Assembly (NCBI GenBank): GCA_017522615.1
Contig: JAFWYR010000019.1
Span: 21,903 to 85,902 of the forward strand
Direction: 5' to 3'
Length of the DNA: 64,000 nt
Source of the DNA: Bacilli bacterium
GTDB lineage: Bacteria > Bacillota_I > Bacilli_A > RF39 > UBA660
Made by a program: the position numbers and the translations under genes. The notes below the pieces were generated by a model. The model saw only the letters and a program-made list of their open reading frames with translations, was not told where the DNA came from and searched no databases. Below, in pieces: positions 48,805 through 58,131 of this stretch; positions within the stretch are counted from its first letter, which is position 1; every line of letters begins with the position of its first letter.

Positions 48805-48978
48805 TATTACTTTTTTTATTTTAAAATGTATTAAAAAAATGTTACAAAAATACTATATTATGTTATAATATTGTTGGCTTTTTTAAAAAACATGAATGTG
48901 GATGTCTTTGCCTAGTGCCTTATTTGGTGGTTTAAGACTTTGAAATGTTCAGAAGTTGTAACAAAAGGAGGAATGAAT

Positions 48979-50043
48979 ATGGCAGTAGTATCAATGAATT
49001 TACTACTAGAGGCTGGTGTTCATTTTGGACATCAGACTAAAAGATGGAATCCTAAAATGAAGGAGTACATCTTTACAGCTAGAGATGAGATCTATATTAT
49101 CGATTTACAAAAAACAGCTAAAAAGTTAGAAGAAGCTTATAATGCTTTAAAAGAGATTGTGGCAAATGGAGGAAAAGTTTTATTTGTCGGAACTAGAAAA
49201 CAAGCTAGTGAAGCAGTTAAGGATGAAGCTCTTAGAAGTGGTTCATTCTATGTTAATGAAAGATGGCTTGGAGGAACACTTACAAACTTTAAGACAATCA
49301 GAAGAAGAGTTAGAAGACTTGAACAAATAGAAAAGATGGAAAAAGATGGTATTTTTGAATTACTTCCTAAGAAAGAAGTTATTCATATTAAGAAAGAATA
49401 TAATAAATTAAATAAACTATTATGTGGTATTAGAGATATGTACAAATTACCACAAGCTATGTTTATCGTAGATCCATCTAAAGAAGAAATTGCAATTAGA
49501 GAAGCTAGAAAATTAAATATTCCAGTATTTGGTATTGTAGATACAAACTGTGATCCAGATATGGTTGATTATGTAATTCCTGGTAACGATGATGCAATTA
49601 GAGCAGTTAAATTAGTTACTGGTGTAATTAATAATGCTATTGTCGAAGCTAACGGCGGAAAATTAGTCGATTATGTAAGTGATAACAGAAAAGAAGAAGG
49701 CGAAGATATAATGAAGAAAGCCTTGGAAACTGTTAAGAGAAAAGAAGATAGAAGACCTAGATTCGACCGTAAATCTGATAGAAAATTTTATAATAGATCA
49801 TCTGAAAAAGTAGAAAGAAAAACTACTAGAAAAGAAGCTTTTAAACCTAAAACTGAGGAAAAAGCTCCTGAGAAAAAAGCTGAAGTTAAAGAAGTAAAAG
49901 AAGTTAAAGCTAAAAAAGAAAAAGCCACTGTAGATTTATCTACTAAAACTGTAGCTGAACTTCGTGAAATGGCTAAAGCTAAAGAAATTAAAGGTATTTC
50001 TACTATGAAAAAAGCTGAATTAATCGAAGCTTTAAGTAAGTAA
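48979..50043 (+). CDS. rpsB: 30S ribosomal protein S2 with ~100-aa basic C-terminal extension ending in a Rho_N/SAP-like motif
   Basis: '[27 protein letters not shown]' is the canonical S2 start. ATG 48979 with 'AAAGGAGGA' SD. C-terminus '[35 protein letters not shown]'. Confidence 0.9.
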   Translation: MAVVSMNLLLEAGVHFGHQTKRWNPKMKEYIFTARDEIYIIDLQKTAKKLEEAYNALKEIVANGGKVLFVGTRKQASEAVKDEALRSGSFYVNERWLGGTLTNFKTIRRRVRRLEQIEKMEKDGIFELLPKKEVIHIKKEYNKLNKLLCGIRDMYKLPQAMFIVDPSKEEIAIREARKLNIPVFGIVDTNCDPDMVDYVIPGNDDAIRAVKLVTGVINNAIVEANGGKLVDYVSDNRKEEGEDIMKKALETVKRKEDRRPRFDRKSDRKFYNRSSEKVERKTTRKEAFKPKTEEKAPEKKAEVKEVKEVKAKKEKATVDLSTKTVAELREMAKAKEIKGISTMKKAELIEALSK

Positions 50044-50048
50044 TTTAA

Positions 50049-50074
50049 GGGTGACTTTATAAAGTCGCCTTTTT
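50049..50074 (+). terminator. Hairpin plus U-run between rpsB and tsf (partial terminator/attenuator)
   Basis: 'GGTGACTTT..AAAGTCGCC' followed by T5; an rpsB-tsf intergenic attenuator is known in other bacteria. Confidence 0.45.
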
Positions 50075-50096
50075 AAATAGAAAGAGGAGGAATAAT

Positions 50097-50966
50097 ATGA
50101 TTAGTGCGAGTTTAATTAAGGATTTAAGAGAAAAAACTGGTGCAGGAATGCTTGATTGTAAAAAAGCATTAGAGGAAAATGGAGGAGACATCGATAAAGC
50201 AATTGATTGGCTTCGTGAGAAAGGTATTTCTAAAGCTGCTAAAAAAGCTGATAGAGTAGCAGCTGAAGGAGTTGCTGCTATTTTAACTAAAGGTAACGAT
50301 GCAGTAATTTTAGAGATGAATTCTGAAACAGATTTTGTCGCTAAAAACGATAAATTTACAGAACTTGTTAAAACTATTTTAGAGACTGTTATCGATAGTA
50401 AAGCTAATAGTTTAGAGGATGTTTTAAATTTAACTTGTGGTGATAGTACTATCAATGATTTAATTGTTGAAAATACAGCTACTATAGGTGAAAAATTATC
50501 TCTTAGAAGAATTGCTAGAGTAAGTAAAGAAGATAATGAATCATTTGGTGAATATATTCACATGGGTGGTAAAATTGCTGTTTTAATAGTTACTGAAGGA
50601 ACTTCAGAAGAAGTTGCTAAAGATGTAGCTATGCATGCAGCTGCTATGAGACCAACTTATGTAAGTGAAGAAGATGTTCCTAGTGAAGAAGTTGAAAAAG
50701 AAAAAGCTGTACTTACTGAACAAGCTATGAATGAAGGAAAACCTGAAGAAATAGCTAAGAAAATGGTTCAAGGAAGAATTAAAAAATTCTTTAAAGAAAT
50801 TTGTTTAGAAGAGCAACCATTTGTTAAAGATAGCGATGTAAATGTTAAAACTTTCGTTAAAAATAATGGTGGAAGTATTAAAGCTATGTATAGATTTGAA
50901 GTTGGTGAAGGAATCGAGAAAAAAGAAGAGAACTTTGCCGAAGAAGTTGCTAAACAATTAAAATAA
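50097..50966 (+). CDS. tsf: Elongation factor Ts
   Basis: '[20 protein letters not shown]' UBA-like N-terminus; EF-Ts dimerisation domain. Confidence 0.9.
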   Translation: MISASLIKDLREKTGAGMLDCKKALEENGGDIDKAIDWLREKGISKAAKKADRVAAEGVAAILTKGNDAVILEMNSETDFVAKNDKFTELVKTILETVIDSKANSLEDVLNLTCGDSTINDLIVENTATIGEKLSLRRIARVSKEDNESFGEYIHMGGKIAVLIVTEGTSEEVAKDVAMHAAAMRPTYVSEEDVPSEEVEKEKAVLTEQAMNEGKPEEIAKKMVQGRIKKFFKEICLEEQPFVKDSDVNVKTFVKNNGGSIKAMYRFEVGEGIEKKEENFAEEVAKQLK

Positions 50967-50989
50967 GCGTCTTGTTAGATGCTTTTTTT
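50965..50989 (+). terminator. Intrinsic terminator after tsf
   Basis: 'AAGCGTCT tgtt AGATGCTT' followed by T7. Confidence 0.6.
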
Positions 50990-51200
50990 GTATTTATGTG
51001 TAAAAAATGTATAAAGTAATATTGGTGTTGATTTTGCAAAAATATTAATTGTTTTTTTTTTGTTTTTTTTGATAAAATTGGTATGTCATAAAAAATAGGA
51101 AGGGTAGAGAAAAAAATAACACATAAAAAATAGTAAAAGACTAGAAAAAAGAGAAGATATGTGATATCCTTAAGAAGGATAGAAGAGGAGTGAATAAAAA

Positions 51201-52553
51201 ATGAGACAAAGTGGGAGAGATAAAAGAAATTATTTAATTATTGGACTATGTGCCGTAGTAGCAATAATGGCAGTAGGATTTGCGGCATTTAGTCAGCAGC
51301 TAACAATTAATTCAACATCGGAAGTAACAAGTTCATGGTGTGTAGGATTTGATACAAGTAAGACTACTGATTATGTAGCGACTCCAGGACTATCTGGAGC
51401 TACTACACCAACAGCAACAATGTCATATAGTGGAAATACTTGCGGAAGTGATAATCTTCAAACAGGAGCAAGTTTATCTGCAACATTTAAACAACCAGGG
51501 GATCAGGTAGTATATACATTTACAATTAAGAATGCATCAACACTTAATGCCAAATTAGATAGTATAAATGAGAATTTAACAACATCAAATTCAGCTATAG
51601 AGTATGAACTATCAGGAGCTAAGGCAAATGATATTCTTGGGCCAAATGATACTACGACATTAATAGTAACAGTAAGATATAAAGATAGTATAACTAACTA
51701 ACCAGAAGTAACAACATGGGGACTTGAGTTAAAACTTAATTTTTCACAGACAAGTGATTCACCAGTTCCACCAGTGCCTACATATACAGTTAATGATTTA
51801 AAAGCAAATACTGTCACAACAGGAGATGGACTTTATGATAATGGTGATGGAACATATACTTATAAAGGAAGTAATCCTGCTAATTATTTAAGCTTTGCAG
51901 GAAATATTTGGAGAATACTTGGAATAGATTCAACTGGTATTAAAATTATTTCTAATGAAAGAATAGATTTAACAGGTTATTCTGGCGTAGTAGGATCAAA
52001 TAGTTTACTAGGTCAATTTGATGGACAAGGACTTAGAGATTCTTCTAGTAATGGTGCAGGTGGAACATACTGTTCACAAGGGTCATATGGATGTAATATT
52101 TGGTCAAGAGATTATACACCATCTGGAGACTATACAAATGGTAGTTATACAGGAACTGTATTATTAGATTCAGAGCTTAAAACATTTTTAAATGGAACGT
52201 ATTATACTAGTACTCTTAATTCAAATTCAAATATAATAGATGGTACATATAATGTAGGACCATATAATAATGAATCATCATATACATGGACAGGTAAAGT
52301 AGCCCTTTTAACTGCTCCTGAGTATAGGGCAGCAGGAGGCTCATCATCATATCTTAAAAAGTCCTTTAATTGGTGGCTTTTGTCTCCGAGCGCGAGTAAT
52401 GCGTACAGCGTGTTCTGCGTTTATAGTGGCGGCGACATCACGGGCAACGGCGCGCACTACAGCAGTGGTGTCCGCCCTGTTCTCTATCTTTCATCAAATA
52501 TCACACTTTCGGGTTCAGGAACAGACTCTAATAATGCTTTCACAATTTCATAA
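51201..52553 (+). pseudogene. TasA-like protein (paralog 4) fused in frame, across a single TAA, to a C-terminal ~280-aa Gly/Ser/Thr/Tyr-rich domain with a GC-rich 3' end
   Basis: N-terminal 166 aa: 'LCAVVAIMAVGFAAFSQQLTINSTSEVTSSW' plus 'KQPGDQVVYTFTIKNASTLNAKL'. TAA at 51699-51701 sits within '(TAAC)3'. The same frame continues 'PEVTTWGLELKLNFSQ...' to 52553. The final ~150 nt are ~58% GC. Confidence 0.55.
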
Positions 52554-52595
52554 CAAAAAACAAATAAGGTAGTAGAATAGATATAATAAGAAGAA

Positions 52596-52700
52596 GCGTC
52601 ATTCGCTTGGCGAATGCGCAAGGGTCTCTATGAAATGTAGGCCGGCATCTTTGATAGGTAAAATAAAAGTCCACGAGGGAATCCGAGTGGAAGATTAAAA
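52596..52700 (+). ncRNA. Candidate structured cis-regulatory RNA / GC-rich leader upstream of the L,D-transpeptidase-like gene (class undetermined)
   Basis: Local GC about 50% versus ~28% genome background. Perfect hairpin 'CATTCGC ttg GCGAATG', then 'GCGCAAGGGUCU...AGGCCGGC', then hairpin 'TCCAC..GTGGA'. No ORF of substance. Confidence 0.25.
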
Positions 52701-52770
52701 TAGGTAAAATATCTAATAGTAATGCATATAATTAAAGTATCGAAGTCGATACTTTTTTGGAGTGATTTTT

Positions 52771-53352
52771 ATGGAAGAATTATTTATTTTAGATAGTGAG
52801 AGTAAGAAAATTAATGTTTATTTAGACGACAAATTAATTAAGATTATAGATGATGTCAGAATTGGACTAAATGGCGTTTGTGATTATAATGATATGGTAG
52901 AAGGTGGAAAGAGAACACCTAGGGGACTATATAATTTAGGGGTTGCTTTTGGAAGATATGATTTAAATATAAATTATCCATATATTAAAATAGATAATGG
53001 TAGTTATTGGGTAGATGATATTAATTCTAAGTATTATAATTCTTTTGTAGAAGTAGATGGTAGTGTAGATACATTTGGATATGATTATATTTTTAATTTG
53101 AATAAAAAAGAATTTAATTCAGCTGAGCATTTAATTGATTATAAAAAAGCTTATGAATATGGTGTGTTTATAGAATATAATACTGATAATAAAATAAATG
53201 GGCTTGGTAATAATAAGGGTTCAGCTATATTTTTACATTGTTATGGTGAAAGTGATTATACTTATGGATGTGTGGCTATAAGTAGAGATGATATGAAATG
53301 GGTGATTAACTTTTTAGATAGGAATAAAAATCCTCAAATATTAATAAAATAA
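52771..53352 (+). CDS. L,D-transpeptidase (YkuD)-like catalytic-domain protein
   Basis: 'SAIFLHCYGESDYTYGCVAISRDDM' resembles the YkuD His...(S/T)xGC(V/I) active-site arrangement. No signal peptide seen. ATG 52771 with 'GGAGTG' SD. Confidence 0.6.
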   Translation: MEELFILDSESKKINVYLDDKLIKIIDDVRIGLNGVCDYNDMVEGGKRTPRGLYNLGVAFGRYDLNINYPYIKIDNGSYWVDDINSKYYNSFVEVDGSVDTFGYDYIFNLNKKEFNSAEHLIDYKKAYEYGVFIEYNTDNKINGLGNNKGSAIFLHCYGESDYTYGCVAISRDDMKWVINFLDRNKNPQILIK

Positions 53353-53368
53353 CAAGTTTTTATGCTTG

Positions 53369-55273
53369 TTATTTTTTCTTTGGATTAATTGTTATTCCAT
53401 CATCAGTTTCACTTAGATAATTATCTGGAAATTCATATGGTCTATTTTTAAGATCTTGGGTTTCTAAGTTTTCTTCAAGTAATTCTCTATATTCTTCTAC
53501 ATTTTGTGGTAATAATAATCCTTGTTTTAGTTTTGTATTTGTAATTGCGTTTGCTATAGTACTTTTTGAAACTTCTTTATTTGATTTGCTTACTATGTAT
53601 GGTCCTATTTTGGCGAAGAAATCATAATAGTAATCTATTTTTTTATTAATGGTATCTATGGAATCTATAATTGGAAATGATTCAAATGTATTTGAATAAT
53701 CATTTTTTAGTTCCAAATATTTATTATAATCTAGATTTTTTATGGTGTTTATTATTTTATCATAAATTAGACTTAGACTATTTAGTATATCTTTTTTATA
53801 ATACTGTTCTATTTTTTCATTTATCTGGAAAGGTGAGTATTTATTAGAATCAAATTTATCTTTTGGTGGTGGAGTTATTTTCGTTAGTTTTTTTCTAATT
53901 AATGTACTTATTTTTGTTTTATATTCTTCTAGATTATGAACGTCAAATATGTAATCTAGATCTTGAAGTTTGAAAAGTCTATTTGATTTTTGCATGTAGT
54001 CCATTGGCATTAATAGATTTCCATATAAGTCATTTTCTAAGTCATTATCCCATGTTGGATCTGTTATATAAAATCCATCTATTCCATATTTTTCATCTTG
54101 AATATTAACCATTAATCTAGCGTGACCTGCATGCTCTAAAGGGATTTCTTCTTCAGTAAATCCTTTGTCGTAAGATATGTCTACTTGTGGGCTATAGTCT
54201 ATAGAATCTATTCCTACTTTATCCAATAAAGTTTGAAGTAATTTGGCATAACCTACACAGACCATATAGTCATTATCTAATATATGTCTTAGATATCTTG
54301 ATTGATTTTTATTTTCTTCATTTTCATTATATTTTTTATAGTTTTTAACGATATTATAGACGGCTATATATTTTTCGAATGGTGTCATATCTGAATTTTT
54401 AATATTTTCTACCATATTGTTTAATTTTTCTTCTTCGTTTTTATATTCTTCGAAAGGATAATCATATAAATCGTTATTAATTATGATTTTTAGATTAGTG
54501 AAGTTTAAATTTAAAATTCCTGATTTTTCTAAATTTGATCTTTTGTTACTTTCAAATTTAATTATTATGTTTCTGTCTTCTATACTATCTAGTATTCTTT
54601 TAACATTTGTTAAAAACTCTGGTTCTTCATTGTCATTTTTGATGTTAATTATCATGTTTTCTCTGCAGTATTTTAGATTGTATATTTCTTCATCTGTGAT
54701 AGAAGAGGAAATAGTGATTTTACTTAATGTTTCTAAATCTTTAAATGTATAGTAACTAATTGCATATTTAGTAGATAATATTTTTCTTTCATTATTTGTT
54801 TCTAAAAATGATTCAATGTGTTTTTCTCTAAGTAGATCTATTATAGGTGATGATGGAGTAATTTCTTTAAATGTTATTTGAACTTCGTCATCATTTTCTA
54901 TTATTTGTTTAATTAAATCGTCAGAATATGTATATTTATCAATAGTTACTGATTTACTATTTAGGGCATTTTCTCTTAGCGTTTCGATTATTATATCTTT
55001 ATGTTTTTCAAAGAAGGCTGGATCTACAATAGTGCCTTTAAATAATCCTGTTTTACAAGCTGGATGGTTTTCATCTGTGTATGTTACTTTTAAATCTTGA
55101 TTTAAGAAAATACTTTCTTCGGATAATGTTACTCGAGAACCTGGAATATATTCATTTTTTATTTCTATATTTGTGGTTTTTCTTTTTTTAAGATTTTCGA
55201 TTAATTCTTCTATGGTATTATAATAAGTAAATTTATAGATATGATTATTATCCCAAATGTTTATTGCTTTCAT
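53369..55273 (-). CDS. Transglutaminase-like cysteine-protease-superfamily protein with N-terminal repeat-containing domain
   Basis: Catalytic-triad motifs in order: 'MVCVGYAKLL' (Cys), 'GHARLMV' (His), 'YITDPTWD' (Asp). The N-terminal 300 aa are Leu/Asn/Ile repeat-like. No TM or signal peptide. Confidence 0.65.
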   Translation of the reverse strand: MKAINIWDNNHIYKFTYYNTIEELIENLKKRKTTNIEIKNEYIPGSRVTLSEESIFLNQDLKVTYTDENHPACKTGLFKGTIVDPAFFEKHKDIIIETLRENALNSKSVTIDKYTYSDDLIKQIIENDDEVQITFKEITPSSPIIDLLREKHIESFLETNNERKILSTKYAISYYTFKDLETLSKITISSSITDEEIYNLKYCRENMIINIKNDNEEPEFLTNVKRILDSIEDRNIIIKFESNKRSNLEKSGILNLNFTNLKIIINNDLYDYPFEEYKNEEEKLNNMVENIKNSDMTPFEKYIAVYNIVKNYKKYNENEENKNQSRYLRHILDNDYMVCVGYAKLLQTLLDKVGIDSIDYSPQVDISYDKGFTEEEIPLEHAGHARLMVNIQDEKYGIDGFYITDPTWDNDLENDLYGNLLMPMDYMQKSNRLFKLQDLDYIFDVHNLEEYKTKISTLIRKKLTKITPPPKDKFDSNKYSPFQINEKIEQYYKKDILNSLSLIYDKIINTIKNLDYNKYLELKNDYSNTFESFPIIDSIDTINKKIDYYYDFFAKIGPYIVSKSNKEVSKSTIANAITNTKLKQGLLLPQNVEEYRELLEENLETQDLKNRPYEFPDNYLSETDDGITINPKKK

Positions 55274-55412
55274 TATATCACCAGCTATATTGTATCATAT
55301 TTTTATGTGTATGGTTTTTATTTACACTATTTAAAATATTAATTTTATAAAAAAATTGTTTTCTTTATAAAAATATATTATAATAGTTAATGGGTAAGTG
55401 AGGTAGTTTGTA

Positions 55413-56144
55413 GTGAATTATTCAAAATTAAAAATTCCAAATCATATAGCTTTTATTGTTGATGGTAATGGAAGATGGGGAAAGGCTAAAGGATTATCTA
55501 GAAGTGGTGGTCATGAAGCTGGTTTTAAAAATTTAATGAAAGTACTTAGCTATAGTTATTCCAAAGGAATTAAATATTTTAGTGCTTATTTGTTTTCGAC
55601 CGAAAATTTTAAAAGAAGTAAAGTAGAAGTATCCTTTTTGATGAATTTACTAACTGGAAAGCTTAAAGAGATTTTAAAGTTTTGTCATGATGAAAAGATT
55701 AAAGTAATTTTTTCTGGAAGAAGAGATAGACTTTCTTTGAATGTAGTTAGTGCGATGGAAGAAATAGAAGAGGAAACTCATCAATATAAAGATAGAATTT
55801 TTAATATTTGTTTTAATTATGGTGGTAGAGCAGAGATAATTGATGCAGCTTTAGATATTGCTGAAGAGATTAAAAAAGGTGAACTTTTACCTGCTATGGT
55901 TGATGAGGATGTATTTAGTCAACATTTATATCAACAACTACCTGATGTAGATTTGATGATTAGAACTAGTGGTGAGATGAGATTAAGTAATTTTATGTTA
56001 TGGCAATGTTCATATGCTGAATTTTATTTTCCTAAAGTTTTATTTCCTGATTTTGACGAAAAAGAATTTGATAAAGCTATTTTAGAATATACTAAAAGAG
56101 ATCGAAGGTTTGGAGGAATAGATTATGAAGATAAGAGTAATTAG
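55413..56144 (+). CDS. uppS: Undecaprenyl diphosphate synthase (isoprenyl transferase)
   Basis: 'HIAFIVDGNGRWGKAKGLSRSGGHEAG' and 'RTSGEMRLSNFMLWQ' motifs; GTG start. Confidence 0.9.
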   Translation: MNYSKLKIPNHIAFIVDGNGRWGKAKGLSRSGGHEAGFKNLMKVLSYSYSKGIKYFSAYLFSTENFKRSKVEVSFLMNLLTGKLKEILKFCHDEKIKVIFSGRRDRLSLNVVSAMEEIEEETHQYKDRIFNICFNYGGRAEIIDAALDIAEEIKKGELLPAMVDEDVFSQHLYQQLPDVDLMIRTSGEMRLSNFMLWQCSYAEFYFPKVLFPDFDEKEFDKAILEYTKRDRRFGGIDYEDKSN

Positions 56145-56925
56145 TGCACTGGTAGCTCTAGCAATTGTTATTCCACTTATTATATCTGGTGGTATAGCAT
56201 TTGATATAGGTATATTTGTAATTGGAATGATTGCATTAAAAGAGTTTTTAGATATTAAAGCATCTAGAAAAAAAATACCTATTTTTATTCAGTTAATCGC
56301 ATATATTTTTATGACATTAATTGTTTTGGTGGGAATTAAAACTACTGATACTTCATTTAATTTTGATTATAGAATATTATCAGCTTTATTTATGTCATTT
56401 TTGATACCGACAGTATTTTATCATGAAAGAAGTACTTATAGTGTTACAGATGCATTTTATTTAATAGGTGGTATTCTATTTATTAGTATTTCGATGTCAC
56501 TATTTGTACTTGTTAGAAGTATTGGATTAGAAGTATTTGTATTTTTACTTTTAATTCCTATGATTACTGATACATTTGCTTATATCGGTGGAAATTTGAT
56601 TGGAAAAGATAAATTATTAGAAGATATTTCCCCAAACAAAACTGTTCAAGGTATGATTGTTGGTACATTTATGGGGGTATTTGTCGGAGGAGTATATTAT
56701 CATACAGTAGTTAATCCAGAATTATCTATTATGGTATTAGGATCTATTTGTTTGTTCTTATCAATTTTAGGACAGTTAGGAGATTTAGTTTTTTCTGCTA
56801 TTAAGAGATATTTTGGAAAGAAAGATTATTCTAATTTAATACCTGGACATGGAGGTATTTTAGATAGATTAGACAGTATTATATTTGTCGTACTTGGTTA
56901 TATGATATTTATAAATATAATTTAA
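56125..56925 (+). CDS. cdsA: Phosphatidate cytidylyltransferase
   Basis: C-terminal signature 'KDYSNLIPGHGGILDRLDS'; 8 TM helices; overlaps the uppS end. Confidence 0.85.
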   Translation: MKIRVISALVALAIVIPLIISGGIAFDIGIFVIGMIALKEFLDIKASRKKIPIFIQLIAYIFMTLIVLVGIKTTDTSFNFDYRILSALFMSFLIPTVFYHERSTYSVTDAFYLIGGILFISISMSLFVLVRSIGLEVFVFLLLIPMITDTFAYIGGNLIGKDKLLEDISPNKTVQGMIVGTFMGVFVGGVYYHTVVNPELSIMVLGSICLFLSILGQLGDLVFSAIKRYFGKKDYSNLIPGHGGILDRLDSIIFVVLGYMIFINII

Positions 56926-56938
56926 AAAGGAGGTTATT

Positions 56939-57976
56939 ATGACTTTATTATATTTTATTTTAATACTTGGTGTTATTGTGTTAATTCACGAGTTTGGCCA
57001 TTATTTCTTTGCAAAAAGATCAGGGATTTATGTTTATGAATTTTCTATTGGTATGGGACCTAGATTATTTAAGTGGAAAAGAAAAAATGATGAGACTGAA
57101 TATTCTTTGAGACTTATTCCAATTGGAGGATTTGTTCAAATGGCTGGTGAAGAGATAGAAGATGATCCAGATGTTCCTAAGGATATGAAGTTTTCTATTA
57201 AAACATTTGGTCAAAAATTTATGACTGTTATTGCTGGTATAATGAATAATTTTTTACTTGCAATGTTATTGTTATTTCTTTACGCACTTTTCAATGGTGC
57301 TCCTCAAAATAAAGCTTTAATAGGAGAAGTGATTAAAGATACACCTGCTTATGAAGCTGGACTTAAAGAAGGCGATAGAGTACTTACTGTTAATGGTAAG
57401 AAAGCTGATACTTCTGATATATTTGCTTTAGAATTACAAGTTCATATTCAAGATAAAGTTACTTTAGAAGTTGACAGAAATGGTAAATCAGAAAAAGTTA
57501 CTCTTAAGGCAAAGAAAGTTAAAGAAAAAGGTCAAGAAGTATACAAATATGGTTTTCAAATTACCGATGAAGTTAAAACAGGATTTATTGAATCTATAAT
57601 ATATGCGATAACTAAAACTATAAGTTTGTTACATCAAATGGTTCTTACTATATTTTATTTGGTTACAGGAAATTTAGGGCTTAAATCATTTTCTGGCCCA
57701 GTAGGAATTTATAATGTAGTTGGTCAAGCATCCGCTTCTGGATTTTGGGCTTTAGTAAGTTTGACAGCTCTTCTAAGTGTCAATGTAGGATTTATTAATT
57801 TATTACCACTTCCAGCATTTGATGGAGGAAGATTATTATTTATAATTATCGAAAAGATAAGTGGTAAAAAAGTTGATCCTAGATTAGAAAATACAATACA
57901 CGCGATAGGATTTTTCTTACTTATGGCTTTGATGTTATTGATAACTTATAATGATATTATTAGACTGATTAAATAG
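56939..57976 (+). CDS. rseP: RIP zinc metalloprotease RseP/RasP
   Basis: 'HEFGHYFFAK' HExxH, PDZ domain, and 'LSVNVGFINLLPLPAFDGG' LDG motif. Confidence 0.9.
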   Translation: MTLLYFILILGVIVLIHEFGHYFFAKRSGIYVYEFSIGMGPRLFKWKRKNDETEYSLRLIPIGGFVQMAGEEIEDDPDVPKDMKFSIKTFGQKFMTVIAGIMNNFLLAMLLLFLYALFNGAPQNKALIGEVIKDTPAYEAGLKEGDRVLTVNGKKADTSDIFALELQVHIQDKVTLEVDRNGKSEKVTLKAKKVKEKGQEVYKYGFQITDEVKTGFIESIIYAITKTISLLHQMVLTIFYLVTGNLGLKSFSGPVGIYNVVGQASASGFWALVSLTALLSVNVGFINLLPLPAFDGGRLLFIIIEKISGKKVDPRLENTIHAIGFFLLMALMLLITYNDIIRLIK

Positions 57977-57996
57977 AAACTTTTTAGTTTCTTTAT

Positions 57997-58080
57997 GCAC
58001 GAGTGGCGGAATGGTAGACGCGCTACTTTGAGGGGGTAGTGGAGAAATCTGTGTGAGTTCAAATCTCATCTCGTGCACCA
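57997..58080 (+). tRNA. tRNA-Leu (anticodon GAG), type II with long variable arm and encoded CCA
   Basis: Acceptor stem GCACGAG/CTCGTGC. D-arm 'GCGG AATGGTAGA CGC'. Anticodon stem CTACT/GGTAG with loop 'TTGAGGG' (U33, GAG, G37). 14-nt variable arm. T-loop 'TTCAAAT'. 3' ACCA. Confidence 0.85.
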
Positions 58081-58093
58081 TAAAAATAATAAA

Positions 58094-58118
58094 ATCCTTT
58101 TTTGAAAAGGGTTTTTTT
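58094..58118 (+). terminator. Intrinsic terminator after the tRNA
   Basis: 'CCTTTT ttg AAAAGG' followed by GT7. Confidence 0.55.
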
Positions 58119-58131
58119 AGAGGTGAGTTTA

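Noticed and set aside
48890-48978. GC-enriched segment upstream of rpsB as an S2 autoregulatory leader
   Set aside because: The gamma-proteobacterial rpsB leader motif is not recognisable here and no stable hairpin was evident. It is left as plain 5' UTR.
50057-50455. 132-aa minus-strand ORF
   Set aside because: It is entirely antisense to tsf, has no RBS, and has a low-complexity Ser/Leu/Ala composition typical of shadow ORFs.
51699-51701. Possibility that TAA is reassigned as a sense codon (two genes with single in-frame TAA: 15782 and 51699)
   Set aside because: Essentially all other genes in the window terminate cleanly at TAA, with terminators following. A reassignment would create long read-through everywhere. 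Pseudogenisation or sequencing error is far more parsimonious.
51690-51703. (TAAC)3 tetranucleotide repeat as a phase-variation switch for the TasA-like fusion
   Set aside because: Adding or removing 4-nt units does not restore the frame. With 2, 3 or 4 units a stop is still encountered within a few codons, so it cannot act as a simple ON/OFF slipped-strand switch.
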